Positions 8,268-18,250 of a stretch of DNA of 64,000 bases are shown here, piece by piece. Below the pieces are notes generated by a model. That model saw only the letters and a program-made list of their open reading frames with translations. It made no database searches and had not been told where the DNA came from. The DNA comes from an uncultured Bacillales bacterium (lineage in GTDB: Bacteria > Bacillota_I > Bacilli_A > RFN20 > CAG-288). Position 1 is the first letter of the stretch. Every line of letters begins with the position of its first letter. A program made the position numbers and the translations under genes. The stretch spans positions 449-64,448 of the forward strand of contig CALBLI010000049.1 in the NCBI GenBank assembly GCA_937896065.1. The letters are read 5' to 3'.

Positions 8268-9566
8268 ATGAAAACAAAAACTGCTAAGATAAACAATATA
8301 GATAAATTGATGCATCTTCTCGATTCATCTTTCTCTGTCTTCCATGTTGTTAAAAATATTGAAGATGAGCTTACTGCGCACAATTTCATTAAAATTGATG
8401 AAACGGAAAATTTTAATCTAATTAAAGGTAAAAACTATTATGTTAAAAGAAATGATAGTTCCATTATTGCCTTTAAAATTCCTAATAAAATCAAAAAGGA
8501 ATTATCATTTAGAATAACTGCCACTCATAATGATTCACCAACTTTCAAATTAAAACCACACCCTGTCAAAAAAGTTGGAAATCTTCTTCAACTTGATAGT
8601 GAACCATATGGTGGCGGAATATATAATACTTTCTTCGATAAACCTCTATCGTTTGCTGGACGCGTCTTTTATAGCGAAGAAGGAAAATTAAAATCAAAAC
8701 TAGTCAATGTTGACAAAGATTTGCTTATCATTCCCAATGTTGCTATTCACATGAATAGAGATGTAAACACTTCAAATAACATCAATCCAGCTATCGATAC
8801 TTTACCTCTTTTTGCTTCAGTTAAAATTGATGACAACTCATTTGACTTTGATAAATATCTATTAAATTTACTCAAATGCAAAAATGGAACACTTTTATCA
8901 CATGATTTATTTTTATATAACCGTGAGAAAGCAAAATTCATCGGTTTAAATGATGAATTTATAGCATCTAGTAAAGAGGATGATTTATCTTCAACATATT
9001 CTTCACTTCTTGGTTTTTTAAATTCGCATGATGAAAACTCAATCTCTGTTTATTCATCTTTTGATAATGAAGAAGTTGGTTCGCTTACAAGACAAGGTGC
9101 AATGTCAACTTTTTTAAAAGATATTCTTACTAGAGTTGTTTTAACATTAGGATTTAAATATGAAGACTATTTCAAATTCGTCGCTAATAGCTTTGTTTTA
9201 AGTATTGATAATGCTCACGCTTCTCATCCTTCACATATGGAACTATCAAACAAGCCAATTTATTTAAATGAGGGAATCGTAATCAAATATAATGCTAATG
9301 CTCACTATACAAGCGATGGTCTTTCAAGTAGTTACATCAAGTTATTGTGCAATGAAAATAAAATTCCTTATCAAGAATTCACTAATCGTTCTGATATGAG
9401 AGGTGGTTCTACTTTGGGAAATCTTCTTCAAAGTCAAATATCAGTCAATATGGTTGATATTGGCCTACCTCAACTTGCCATGCATTCAGCATATGAAACA
9501 CTAGGAAGAAATGATATTGAACACATGATAAATTTGGTAACTTGTTTTTTTAACAATAATTTATAA
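8268..9566 (+). CDS. M18-family aminopeptidase
   Basis: 432 aa with family-typical segments HMNRDVN, DNEEVGS, SIDNAHASHP and MRGGSTLG. RBS agaggt lies upstream. Confidence 0.75.
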   Translation: MKTKTAKINNIDKLMHLLDSSFSVFHVVKNIEDELTAHNFIKIDETENFNLIKGKNYYVKRNDSSIIAFKIPNKIKKELSFRITATHNDSPTFKLKPHPVKKVGNLLQLDSEPYGGGIYNTFFDKPLSFAGRVFYSEEGKLKSKLVNVDKDLLIIPNVAIHMNRDVNTSNNINPAIDTLPLFASVKIDDNSFDFDKYLLNLLKCKNGTLLSHDLFLYNREKAKFIGLNDEFIASSKEDDLSSTYSSLLGFLNSHDENSISVYSSFDNEEVGSLTRQGAMSTFLKDILTRVVLTLGFKYEDYFKFVANSFVLSIDNAHASHPSHMELSNKPIYLNEGIVIKYNANAHYTSDGLSSSYIKLLCNENKIPYQEFTNRSDMRGGSTLGNLLQSQISVNMVDIGLPQLAMHSAYETLGRNDIEHMINLVTCFFNNNL

Positions 9567-9593
9567 TATTTTACTTCTCAAACTATATGTTAA

Positions 9594-10232
9594 TTGATGG
9601 ATAAAAAATATTGTCTAACATGTTTTAAAGAAATAAATCTGACACCAATAAGAGATTTTTTGGAAAATAATCCATTGATTTGTTCAAATTGTTTGAGTCA
9701 AATACCCATCAAATTGATTAAAAGAAAAATTTTTAATACATCTATTCTATTTTTATCTGAGTATGAATCAGTTATGAAATCATACTTGATGAATTATAAA
9801 GAATATAAAGATGTTGAACTCGCTAAAGTTTTTCTAAAGCCATTTTTAAATATCATCAAACTTCTATATAAAAATTATCTTTTTATTCCCTGTCCATCAT
9901 CTAAAATGCGCGTTGAAAATCGTGGCTTTGATCATTTAGAAGAAATATTAAAAGTTAATAAGATTAATTATGAATTGGTTTTAACTAAAAATAGCAATGA
10001 AATACACAAAAATTTAAAAATGACTGATAGATTTAATCAGGATACAATTTCAATAATTGATTCTAAAAAAGGCAGTTTGAAAAATAAGAAAATAGTGCTA
10101 TTTGATGATGTTTTTACAACCGGTAATACCTTTAAGCAATCTCTAGAAGTTTTAAAAAAAGAAAATCCTAGTATAATCAAAGGTTTGATAATTTTAGATA
10201 ACTATAAAATAGATGAACTTAAAATAAAATAA
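9594..10232 (+). CDS. comFC: ComFC / ComF family phosphoribosyltransferase-like competence protein
   Basis: N-terminal CxxC...CxxC (CLTCF...CSNC) and a C-terminal PRT motif VLFDDVFTTGNT. Confidence 0.75.
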   Translation: MMDKKYCLTCFKEINLTPIRDFLENNPLICSNCLSQIPIKLIKRKIFNTSILFLSEYESVMKSYLMNYKEYKDVELAKVFLKPFLNIIKLLYKNYLFIPCPSSKMRVENRGFDHLEEILKVNKINYELVLTKNSNEIHKNLKMTDRFNQDTISIIDSKKGSLKNKKIVLFDDVFTTGNTFKQSLEVLKKENPSIIKGLIILDNYKIDELKIK

Positions 10233-10255
10233 TTCTCAAAATCAACATATATAGT

Positions 10256-10279
10256 AAATATATATGTACATATATATTT
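10256..10279. repeat. 24-bp perfect palindrome
   Basis: aaatatatatgtacatatatattt is its own reverse complement and is centred on gtac. It lies between comFC and gdpP. Confidence 0.9.
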
Positions 10280-10333
10280 ATTATACAAAGAATTTAGGTT
10301 ATAATAGATAATTAGTGAATTGGTGAAATTTAT

Positions 10334-12385
10334 ATGAAAAAATTATTAAAAAATCAACGTCAAATCTCTTACATATCATTAGCAGCTGAAATATTAGCTC
10401 TGGTGATTCTTTTTTTATTAGTCCTTTACTATCCAAATGAAAACTGGACTCAGCAATTATCAAATATTCTCTTAGGTGTTATCATTTTATATTCATTTAT
10501 AACACCAATGGTATTCAACATCATCATTTCCAAAAAGAAGAATAGTACTGAATTAACTTCTGCTGAACTTATTGGAACTAATGAGAATGAAGCTTATCTT
10601 TTTGCCCAACTTGGTATCATCATCACCAATAAGGATTTCACTATCAGATGGGTAAATGATTACATCACTTTAAATTTTCCATCAGTCATTGATAAATCAT
10701 TATTTGAAATCTTCCCTGATTTAAAAGATTTTGTTTTGAATGAAGATAAAAAAGAACAATATGCCTCAATTACTAGTGAAAATCACAATTACCAAGTTGA
10801 GTATTTAAAGGATGGTAATATGTTCATCTTTAAAGATGTCACAGATTTAACAAATTTGACTGCCTTAAACGAAGGTAACTCGCCAGTTATTGGCTATTTA
10901 AATATCGATAATTATGATGATATTTTACAATCATCAACTGATGATAGTAAATTCACTGAACTTTTTTACAATACTAGATTTCAAATCAACCAATATTTTA
11001 ATAAAAAAAGTGCTCTTCTTAGAAGATTAAAAGAAGATCGATATATGTTCATTACAACTAAAAATTCATATTTATCCATGCTTGATGACAACTTTAGTGT
11101 CATGGAAACCGTCAGAAAAAATCAGAGCGGTTTCACCTTATCAATTGGTATAGGATATGGCTTCCCTGAATATAGTAAAATTTCTGAACTAGCCTCTTCA
11201 GCCAATGATATCGCTATGTCTAGAGGCGGTGACCAAGCTGTTATTCATCCTGCTAAAGAGAACTTCATTTATGTTGGCGGTAAAAGTGAACTTAAGACTT
11301 CTAGAAATAAAGTTAAGATGAGAACTTTTGGCGACTCTCTTATTGCTACTATTGCAAACTTTAACAAAATTCTTATTATGGGTCATATAAATGCTGATTT
11401 TGATGCTATTGGTGCAGCTTTAGGTGTTTATGTTTTAGCAGATTACACAAATGATAATCATTCGAAAAGCATCCGTGTTGCTTTTGAACCAAGTTATGTT
11501 GAAGCAAAATGCCGCAAATCAGTTGAACTCGAATTCACTAAAGATGAAATGGACACCTATTTTGTTGATTCTAAAGAAGCTGAACAATTCTTTGACGATT
11601 CAACACTTCTTGTATTAGTCGACCATAACTCAGCTTACATGTCAATGTATCCTCAAATCACTCAACGTGCAAAAAACGTTATTATAATTGATCATCATAG
11701 GCCTGATCAAAAAGCAGTCAGCGATACTTTATTTAAAGATATTGATACCAGTTCTTCATCAACTAGTGAGCTCATCACCGAATTTATTTATTACACTAAG
11801 AAAGAAATAAAAATACCAAGTCGAATTGCAACTTTCTTACTATCAGGCATCGCCCTTGATACTCGTTCATTTAAATATAATGCTTCTTCATCGACATATG
11901 AATCTGCTTCGATTTTAAAAGAATTTGGAGCTGATTCTAGCAAAGTAGAAGAATTCTTAAAAGAAGGATGGGAAGAATTTAAGCAAAAGATTTCAATATT
12001 AAATACCGCTGATAGTCCTTACCCTGGTGTCATCATTGCTGATAATAAAGATGATGAGATAGTCTCAGATACTATGCTTGCTATTGTCGCAACTGAGGCT
12101 ATTCAAATAAGTGAAGTATCAACCGTTTTCTGTATTGGTCGAATATCTGAACATCAAATTAAAATATCTGGAAGAAGTGATGGAACTGTTAACTGTCAGA
12201 TGTTACTTGAAAAATTGGGTGGAGGAGGACATTTCTCCATGGCCGCATGTGTTTTAAATGAGACTACTGTCGATGATGCTAAAAAACGATTGTTAGCTAT
12301 TTTAAATGACTATCTTGATGATGCTACAGTTAAGATGGTCAGATCTAATAATGAAGACGACGATGATAAAGAAAATAATGAATAG
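10334..12385 (+). CDS. gdpP: GdpP-type cyclic-di-AMP phosphodiesterase (2 TM + PAS-like + degenerate GGDEF + DHH/DHHA1)
   Basis: Two N-terminal TM helices, DHH motifs (MGHINADFDA, VDHNS, IIDHH) and the DHHA1 motif GGGGH. It sits in the gdpP(yybT)-rplI-dnaB order known from Bacillus. Confidence 0.8.
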   Translation: MKKLLKNQRQISYISLAAEILALVILFLLVLYYPNENWTQQLSNILLGVIILYSFITPMVFNIIISKKKNSTELTSAELIGTNENEAYLFAQLGIIITNKDFTIRWVNDYITLNFPSVIDKSLFEIFPDLKDFVLNEDKKEQYASITSENHNYQVEYLKDGNMFIFKDVTDLTNLTALNEGNSPVIGYLNIDNYDDILQSSTDDSKFTELFYNTRFQINQYFNKKSALLRRLKEDRYMFITTKNSYLSMLDDNFSVMETVRKNQSGFTLSIGIGYGFPEYSKISELASSANDIAMSRGGDQAVIHPAKENFIYVGGKSELKTSRNKVKMRTFGDSLIATIANFNKILIMGHINADFDAIGAALGVYVLADYTNDNHSKSIRVAFEPSYVEAKCRKSVELEFTKDEMDTYFVDSKEAEQFFDDSTLLVLVDHNSAYMSMYPQITQRAKNVIIIDHHRPDQKAVSDTLFKDIDTSSSSTSELITEFIYYTKKEIKIPSRIATFLLSGIALDTRSFKYNASSSTYESASILKEFGADSSKVEEFLKEGWEEFKQKISILNTADSPYPGVIIADNKDDEIVSDTMLAIVATEAIQISEVSTVFCIGRISEHQIKISGRSDGTVNCQMLLEKLGGGGHFSMAACVLNETTVDDAKKRLLAILNDYLDDATVKMVRSNNEDDDDKENNE

Positions 12386-12400
12386 AAAGGAGTTCTTATT

Positions 12401-12859
12401 ATGGAAGTGATTTTAAAAAAAGATGTCAACAAAGTTGGAAAAAAAGGACAAATTGTCACCGTATCAGATGGATATGGTGCTAACTTTTTAATACCTAATG
12501 GTCTAGCTGTTTTAAATAATAAAGCAAATTTAGCAATCCTTCATAAAGAAGAAGAGGAAGAAAGAAGACTTGATGCTTTAAAAAGAGAAGAAGCCAAAGA
12601 AGTCAGCAAAAAATTAGAATCTATAACATTAGAATTTGAAGCTAGTGCTGGAAGAGGTGGAGATATGATAGGAACTATCTCTACTAAGCAAATAATTGAA
12701 GCTTTAAAAAAGCATGATATCAAGATTGATAAAAAAATGATTGTTGAAAAAGATGTCATTGTCAATGGTTTTGGAAAAACAACATTGAAAGTTGATTTAT
12801 ATAAAGGTGTTATTGGTGTGATTAATATTCACGTTTCATTAAAGGAAAAGACCAAATGA
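12401..12859 (+). CDS. rplI: 50S ribosomal protein L9
   Basis: MEVILKKDVNKVGKKGQIVTVSDGYGANFLIPNGLA is a canonical L9 N-terminus. RBS aaaggag lies upstream. Confidence 0.9.
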   Translation: MEVILKKDVNKVGKKGQIVTVSDGYGANFLIPNGLAVLNNKANLAILHKEEEEERRLDALKREEAKEVSKKLESITLEFEASAGRGGDMIGTISTKQIIEALKKHDIKIDKKMIVEKDVIVNGFGKTTLKVDLYKGVIGVINIHVSLKEKTK

Positions 12860-14289
12860 GTGATACCATCGATACAACAAGCGAGAAGGCATTAATTGTC
12901 TCTATCCTTTCAGATGAAACAGGAAATACATTATTAGATGTCATTCCTCAGCTTTCAGCTAATGACTTCCAAGATGAAAGAAATCAGATGATATATCAAG
13001 CAATGATTGACTTATCAAGCCTTCATAAAGAAATCACTGTTGTTAATCTAATAGATATATTAGAAAACAAACATCAATTAGATCTTGTTGGCGGTGAAGC
13101 TTATTTTGATGAAATTTCATCAAATAATAATCTTTTTACAGGTTCAATCAATGACAACATCAGCAATATCAAAGATAAAGCTTTGCTTGTAACTTTTGTT
13201 CAAAAATTAAAAAGCATCGTTTATGATTCACAAACCAAACCTATAACTGATCCATCTGATTTTATGGGAAAATGTGAAGAAGAGATCCTTCAAATAACTC
13301 ATAATCGTCGAAATACACCTGTATTAGATATGCAAGCAGTTGCAAATATGATCGTAAATGATCTTGTTAAACAAACTGATAGGTTCATTAAAAAAGGTAA
13401 AAATCCTAATGGTGTAACTGGTATTGAAACCGGTTTTGAATCACTAGATAGATTAACTAAAGGCTGGCGTGAGCAAGAAATGATCATCATTGGTGCTAGA
13501 CCAAGTGTTGGTAAAACTGCATTTGTTTTACAATTGCTTTATAACATTGCTAAAAGAGATGTTCCTGTCTTATTTTTCTCACTTGAAATGGATGAAGCAT
13601 CAATTGGCCGCAGAATCTTATCAAATATAACTCAACTTCCAAGTGAAGTTATTGATTCAATTGCTTACAAACATGGTTCAACATATCAGCACATTATTGC
13701 TGATCCAAATAGTGTTGAAAATACTAAAATAATAAGCGTCTTACAACAAGGCCTTTTGGAATTTGCAGGCTTGCCAATTTTTATTGATGCCAATCCTGGC
13801 ACAAAACTTATGGATATCACATCAAAAGCTAAAAAAGTATGTAATTCATCAACTAAGCCAATTGGTCTTATTGCAATTGACTACATGCAGCTTATTTCTT
13901 GCCCAACATATGGTGGAAGTTCTGTCGATGAAGTCACCAATATTTCTAAAGGATTAAAGCAATTAGCAAGAGAATTAAATGTTCCAATAATTGTTCTTTC
14001 ACAGCTTTCACGTGCTGCTGAAAAAGATAATATAGGAAATAAATCAAGAGAACTTACCATGTCAGATTTAAGGGGCTCAGGATCTATTGAACAAGATGCT
14101 GATAAAATCTTTTTCTTATCAAGAGAAGATTATCAAAAGACTGATGAAGAACAAGCTAATAATCCTATTTCACATGTTTCTTTATCACTACAAAAAAACA
14201 GAAATGGTCGTATCGGTAAAGTTGATTTCCAATTCAACAAAGAAACTTCCTCATTTATAATTACCGATTTTGATCATAGTGCTGAATAA
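12856..14289 (+). CDS. dnaB: Replicative DNA helicase DnaB
   Basis: Walker A GARPSVGKTAF, the SLEM and IDYMQL motifs, and VLSQLSRA. The start overlaps the rplI stop (ATGA). Confidence 0.9.
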   Translation: MSDTIDTTSEKALIVSILSDETGNTLLDVIPQLSANDFQDERNQMIYQAMIDLSSLHKEITVVNLIDILENKHQLDLVGGEAYFDEISSNNNLFTGSINDNISNIKDKALLVTFVQKLKSIVYDSQTKPITDPSDFMGKCEEEILQITHNRRNTPVLDMQAVANMIVNDLVKQTDRFIKKGKNPNGVTGIETGFESLDRLTKGWREQEMIIIGARPSVGKTAFVLQLLYNIAKRDVPVLFFSLEMDEASIGRRILSNITQLPSEVIDSIAYKHGSTYQHIIADPNSVENTKIISVLQQGLLEFAGLPIFIDANPGTKLMDITSKAKKVCNSSTKPIGLIAIDYMQLISCPTYGGSSVDEVTNISKGLKQLARELNVPIIVLSQLSRAAEKDNIGNKSRELTMSDLRGSGSIEQDADKIFFLSREDYQKTDEEQANNPISHVSLSLQKNRNGRIGKVDFQFNKETSSFIITDFDHSAE

Positions 14290-15053
14290 TGAAATACAAT
14301 TTAATAGCTTCGGGTTCAAAAGGTAATTCACTTTTGATTTATAGCAAAGATACCGTGCTTCTTTTTGATTTTGGAGTTTCTAAAAAGAAAGTCAGTGATG
14401 CTCTTGCTTGTTATAATCTTTCATTTGATAAAATAGACGCTTTCTTTTTTACCCATCTTCATCATGATCACTGTTTATCAATTGCTAAAGCCGATAGCGA
14501 TCTCATTTATTGTGGATGTAAGAGCATCAATTCAATTAATAAATCGTTAGAAAAATCACATCAGCTTGAATCATTTAAAGAAGTTCAAATTAAAAATATC
14601 AAAGTCACACCTCTTCCTTTATCACATGATTGTAAAGAAAGTGATACTTTTGGATTTGTAATTGACGATGGTGATGAAAAATTAGCATATATTACTGATA
14701 CTGGATTCATTCCTGAAATCAATTTTCCATATCTAGATAATCTTGATTATTATATTTTTGAATCCAATTTTGATCCTAAAATGTTATATGAATCAAATAG
14801 GCCTGAATATCTTATTAATAGAATCATGTCTGATAAAGGTCATATGTCAAATAATGACTCCAGTTATTATTTATCAACTTTTTTAGGTAATAACACTAAA
14901 GAGATTGTCTTGGCTCACTTATCAGAAGAATGCAATACTAAAGAAATTGCAAAGTCTTCTTTTGAAACAGTTAGTTTATCAATTTTAGGATACATCCCTG
15001 ATGTCAAATTAAAAATTTCTTCTTTTTATGAGATGATAACAGGCGGCAAATAA
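14289..15053 (+). CDS. MBL-fold metallo-hydrolase, YycJ/WalJ-like
   Basis: HLHHDH metal motif and an N-terminus LIASGSKGNSLLIY typical of YycJ. It lies between dnaB and rlmH. Confidence 0.7.
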   Translation: MKYNLIASGSKGNSLLIYSKDTVLLFDFGVSKKKVSDALACYNLSFDKIDAFFFTHLHHDHCLSIAKADSDLIYCGCKSINSINKSLEKSHQLESFKEVQIKNIKVTPLPLSHDCKESDTFGFVIDDGDEKLAYITDTGFIPEINFPYLDNLDYYIFESNFDPKMLYESNRPEYLINRIMSDKGHMSNNDSSYYLSTFLGNNTKEIVLAHLSEECNTKEIAKSSFETVSLSILGYIPDVKLKISSFYEMITGGK

Positions 15054-15523
15054 TGAATATTAAATTTATAATCCCTGGCAAGAATAAAAAAACATTTGTT
15101 GAAGCTGGAATTGATGAATATCTTAAAAGATTATCAAAATACTGCAAAGCTAAAATTATTTATATTGATGAAGAAAAAGTAAACAATATAAATCAAAAAG
15201 AAATCAAAACTGCTCTTGATAAAGAAGCAATTTCTTTTTTGAAAAATGCAGGTGATGATTATATTATTCTTATTGATATACATAGTAAAGAATTATCCAC
15301 ATCAGAATTTAGAGAATGCTTTGAAAAAGCAATTTCTAAAAACGGGAATATCTCTTTTATCTTTGGCTCTTCCTATGGTCTAAGTGATATATTAAGAAAT
15401 AGAGCTGATTTAAAATTATCTTTATCGAAACTGACCTTTACACATTATTTTTCACTACTTGTTACCATCGAACAAGTATATCGCTCATTTAAAATGATAA
15501 ATAATGAAACTTATGACAAATAA
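15053..15523 (+). CDS. rlmH: 23S rRNA (pseudouridine1915-N3)-methyltransferase RlmH
   Basis: 156-aa SPOUT protein with FIFGSSYGLS, LSLSKLTFTH and EQVYRSF. The start overlaps the previous stop. Confidence 0.85.
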   Translation: MNIKFIIPGKNKKTFVEAGIDEYLKRLSKYCKAKIIYIDEEKVNNINQKEIKTALDKEAISFLKNAGDDYIILIDIHSKELSTSEFRECFEKAISKNGNISFIFGSSYGLSDILRNRADLKLSLSKLTFTHYFSLLVTIEQVYRSFKMINNETYDK

Positions 15524-15565
15524 CTTGACAAAAATAGCTTATTTATTTATACTTTTTGAGAAAAT

Positions 15566-15640
15566 TGGGATATAGTCAAGCGGTAAGACAGCAGACTCTG
15601 AATCTGTTATGCCTTGGTTCGAATCCAAGTATCCCAGCCA
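15566..15640 (+). tRNA. tRNA-Gln (anticodon CUG)
   Basis: It aligns arm by arm with E. coli tRNA-Gln. Acceptor is TGGGATA/TATCCCA, D-arm is GTC-AAGCGGTAA-GAC, anticodon loop is CTCTGAA and T-arm is CTTGG-TTCGAAT-CCAAG. G73 and an encoded CCA follow. Confidence 0.85.
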
Positions 15641-15659
15641 CTTTAAATATTTAATCTGA

Positions 15660-15686
15660 GTTTGATATTACATATCAAACTTTTTT
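15660..15686 (+). terminator. Rho-independent terminator after tRNA-Gln
   Basis: gtttgatat (15660-15668) pairs with atatcaaac (15672-15680) and is followed by T6. Confidence 0.7.
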
Positions 15687-15691
15687 ATTTT

Positions 15692-15721
15692 AAAAAAACC
15701 AAGCTCGGATAGCTTGGTTTT
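15692..15721 (-). terminator. Rho-independent terminator of the LRR lipoprotein gene
   Basis: aaccaagct (15697-15705) pairs with agcttggtt (15711-15719). On the minus strand the hairpin is followed by a T7 run. Confidence 0.7.
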
Positions 15722-15731
15722 AATTTGTTTA

Positions 15732-18134
15732 TTAATAAGTTAAGTTAGCTAAGATAATTCTATTTATGGTTCCATCACTATTAACTAGCTTTGCTGTTTT
15801 TAAATCAGTTGGTACAGCTTTGACTTCTTTTGAAGCAAACATTGCTTTAAATTGATCGAGTGTTCCTTCAAATACAAGACAATTAATTGCTGAGTTTTCA
15901 AAAACATTTGATGCAATATCACTTCCTTTTGAGGAGAGCACCATATTTGGATTCTTTATAGTTACACCTAGCAATGACTTTGTATCACTGAAAGCACCAG
16001 TTTCAACAGATGCAACATTCTTTGACAAAGTCACTTCAACAAGATTGGTATCCCTAAATGCATATTCACCAATTTCAGTAACTGAATCAGGTAATGAGAG
16101 TTTAGTATTTGCAAAATTGACACCACTGAAAGCATATGAATCAATTCTTTTAACAGTATTTGGAATATTAGAATTAGAAAATCCAATAACAAGTGTCTGC
16201 CCATCTTTTGAAACAACCGCATTGCCATCAATTTTATAACTATTATTATTTTCATCAATTGTTAATGATGAAAGAGGTGTATAAGCAATAAAGTTTTCAA
16301 TAGTTGAAACATTTGCTGGAATATTAAGCTGTGTCAAATTGGTCTTAGAAAATGCATTCTTTCCAATGAATATTAGTGAATTTGGAAGAGTAATATTTTC
16401 AAGTTTACTATTATAGAAAGTGCCTTCTTCAATTCTAAATATCTTTTCTGAAAGAGTTACATTCTTAATTTCACTGCCTGAGAAAGCATATGGTTCAATA
16501 CTGGACACTGAAGATGGAAGAGTATAATCTTCTTTTCCAAAAACTTTAAGAAGGTAATCTTTATTTAAAGTCAATAAACTATTACCATCGATAGCAAAAA
16601 CCGTACTAGCGACTGGTAATGTAATTTTATCAACGCTCATATTCGCAAATGATTTTTTTGTATAATTTACGACTTTTGATGGGATTACAAGTTCATTTAA
16701 ATGTGAACCATCAAACAAATTATTAGAAATAGTGACGTTAGCATTATTTGGGATAGATATTGAATCTAAATTCTTACAATTAGCAAAAGCATATTCACCG
16801 ATTGAAGTAATGTTTTCATTAAGGAAAATATCAGTTATTTCCGAATTATCAAAAGCATGCTCACCAATTGAAGTGATAGTTGTATTTAATAAAACAGACT
16901 CAATACCTTTAATTTGACTGAAAGCATATGGATCAATTTTAGTTGCATCAGCTGGTATGACAATATTTTTCCCAAAGCCAATGACGACTGACTTATCAGA
17001 AATACGGATGAGACAGTTATCAACCGTTTTAAAATAGTTGTTATCTTTTAATAGAATCACTCTCTCTAAAGATGTACAACCTAAAAAAGCTTTTCTATCA
17101 ATGGTTGCAATTTTATCACCAAATAATTTAATAGTTTTTAATGATGTACAATTCAAGAATGCATTAGCATTTAATGAAGCTAAAGTCACTGGTGCTGAAA
17201 ATTCTTCAATATTAGTGTTTGAAAAAGCAGTTTTTATATCACTTAATACATTTGCTGAAGTGTGAAGGAATTCAACTGTTTTAATTTCACTATAACTAAA
17301 AGCATAGTTTTTACTATAGTTATCTTCATAAAAGCTGCCAATATTAGTAGGTATTTTAATACTTGTAATTGAAGCTTTATAGAAAGCAAATTGACCAATG
17401 CTTTTGACATTAGCATTTGTAGGAATATCTTGACTAAATGGCATAGTAATTAAAACACCATTACCATTCGCTTTATAAACTAAAGCATTATCAATGGCAG
17501 TATAGTATATATTGTCTGCTTCAACAGTAACAGTTTTTAACATTTGATTGTTGATAAATGCATCAGGATAAATATAACTAACGCTTACAGGAATCAATAA
17601 GTCAACAACATTTGAATCATAAAATGCATGTGGACCAATTGCAATTGTTCCAATATCTGTAGGAATAATAGAAGTCTTGCAACCAAGTAGCATCAAATTC
17701 CTACCTTGGTCATCTTTGTCTTTTGAAAATACACAATTATCTTTAACATACAAATAAGGATTATTTTTAGATATTTCAATAAATTCTAAAGAACTGCTAC
17801 CGGCAAATGATGAACCATCTAAATATTCTAAATTATCACCAATATAAAGCCTTTTAATTTTCTTAGAATCTTTGAAAGCATCTGTTTTAATAGAAGTGAC
17901 TTTTTTACCACCTAAAGTGTCAGGAATCCTTAAATTGACAGCATTTGTATTTTTATTACTTACAATTTCAACACTTCCATCACCTTTAAGTTCATAGGTA
18001 TAAACATCATCATCTTTGACAACTGCTGATGAACTGATACTTGATGAAGAAGTAACTTTTTTACTACAACTAGGGAGCACAGCTACTAAAGATAAAGCTG
18101 CTAGAGCAGATAAGAATTTAGATTTATTTTTCAT
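15732..18134 (-). CDS. BspA-type leucine-rich-repeat surface lipoprotein
   Basis: Signal peptide with lipobox (LVAVLPSC). Most of the 800 aa consists of ~22-25-aa repeats of the form I..I...AF..C..L..I.IP. RBS aaggag lies upstream. Confidence 0.75.
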   Translation of the reverse strand: MKNKSKFLSALAALSLVAVLPSCSKKVTSSSSISSSAVVKDDDVYTYELKGDGSVEIVSNKNTNAVNLRIPDTLGGKKVTSIKTDAFKDSKKIKRLYIGDNLEYLDGSSFAGSSSLEFIEISKNNPYLYVKDNCVFSKDKDDQGRNLMLLGCKTSIIPTDIGTIAIGPHAFYDSNVVDLLIPVSVSYIYPDAFINNQMLKTVTVEADNIYYTAIDNALVYKANGNGVLITMPFSQDIPTNANVKSIGQFAFYKASITSIKIPTNIGSFYEDNYSKNYAFSYSEIKTVEFLHTSANVLSDIKTAFSNTNIEEFSAPVTLASLNANAFLNCTSLKTIKLFGDKIATIDRKAFLGCTSLERVILLKDNNYFKTVDNCLIRISDKSVVIGFGKNIVIPADATKIDPYAFSQIKGIESVLLNTTITSIGEHAFDNSEITDIFLNENITSIGEYAFANCKNLDSISIPNNANVTISNNLFDGSHLNELVIPSKVVNYTKKSFANMSVDKITLPVASTVFAIDGNSLLTLNKDYLLKVFGKEDYTLPSSVSSIEPYAFSGSEIKNVTLSEKIFRIEEGTFYNSKLENITLPNSLIFIGKNAFSKTNLTQLNIPANVSTIENFIAYTPLSSLTIDENNNSYKIDGNAVVSKDGQTLVIGFSNSNIPNTVKRIDSYAFSGVNFANTKLSLPDSVTEIGEYAFRDTNLVEVTLSKNVASVETGAFSDTKSLLGVTIKNPNMVLSSKGSDIASNVFENSAINCLVFEGTLDQFKAMFASKEVKAVPTDLKTAKLVNSDGTINRIILANLTY

Positions 18135-18250
18135 ATTGACTATTCTCCTTATTTTATGTTGTTATTAAGTTTCTTTGATTACTACAAAATATATTATATA
18201 TTTATTAAATATATAAGTAAATTATATAAAGCTCATTTTCTTAAAAAAGA

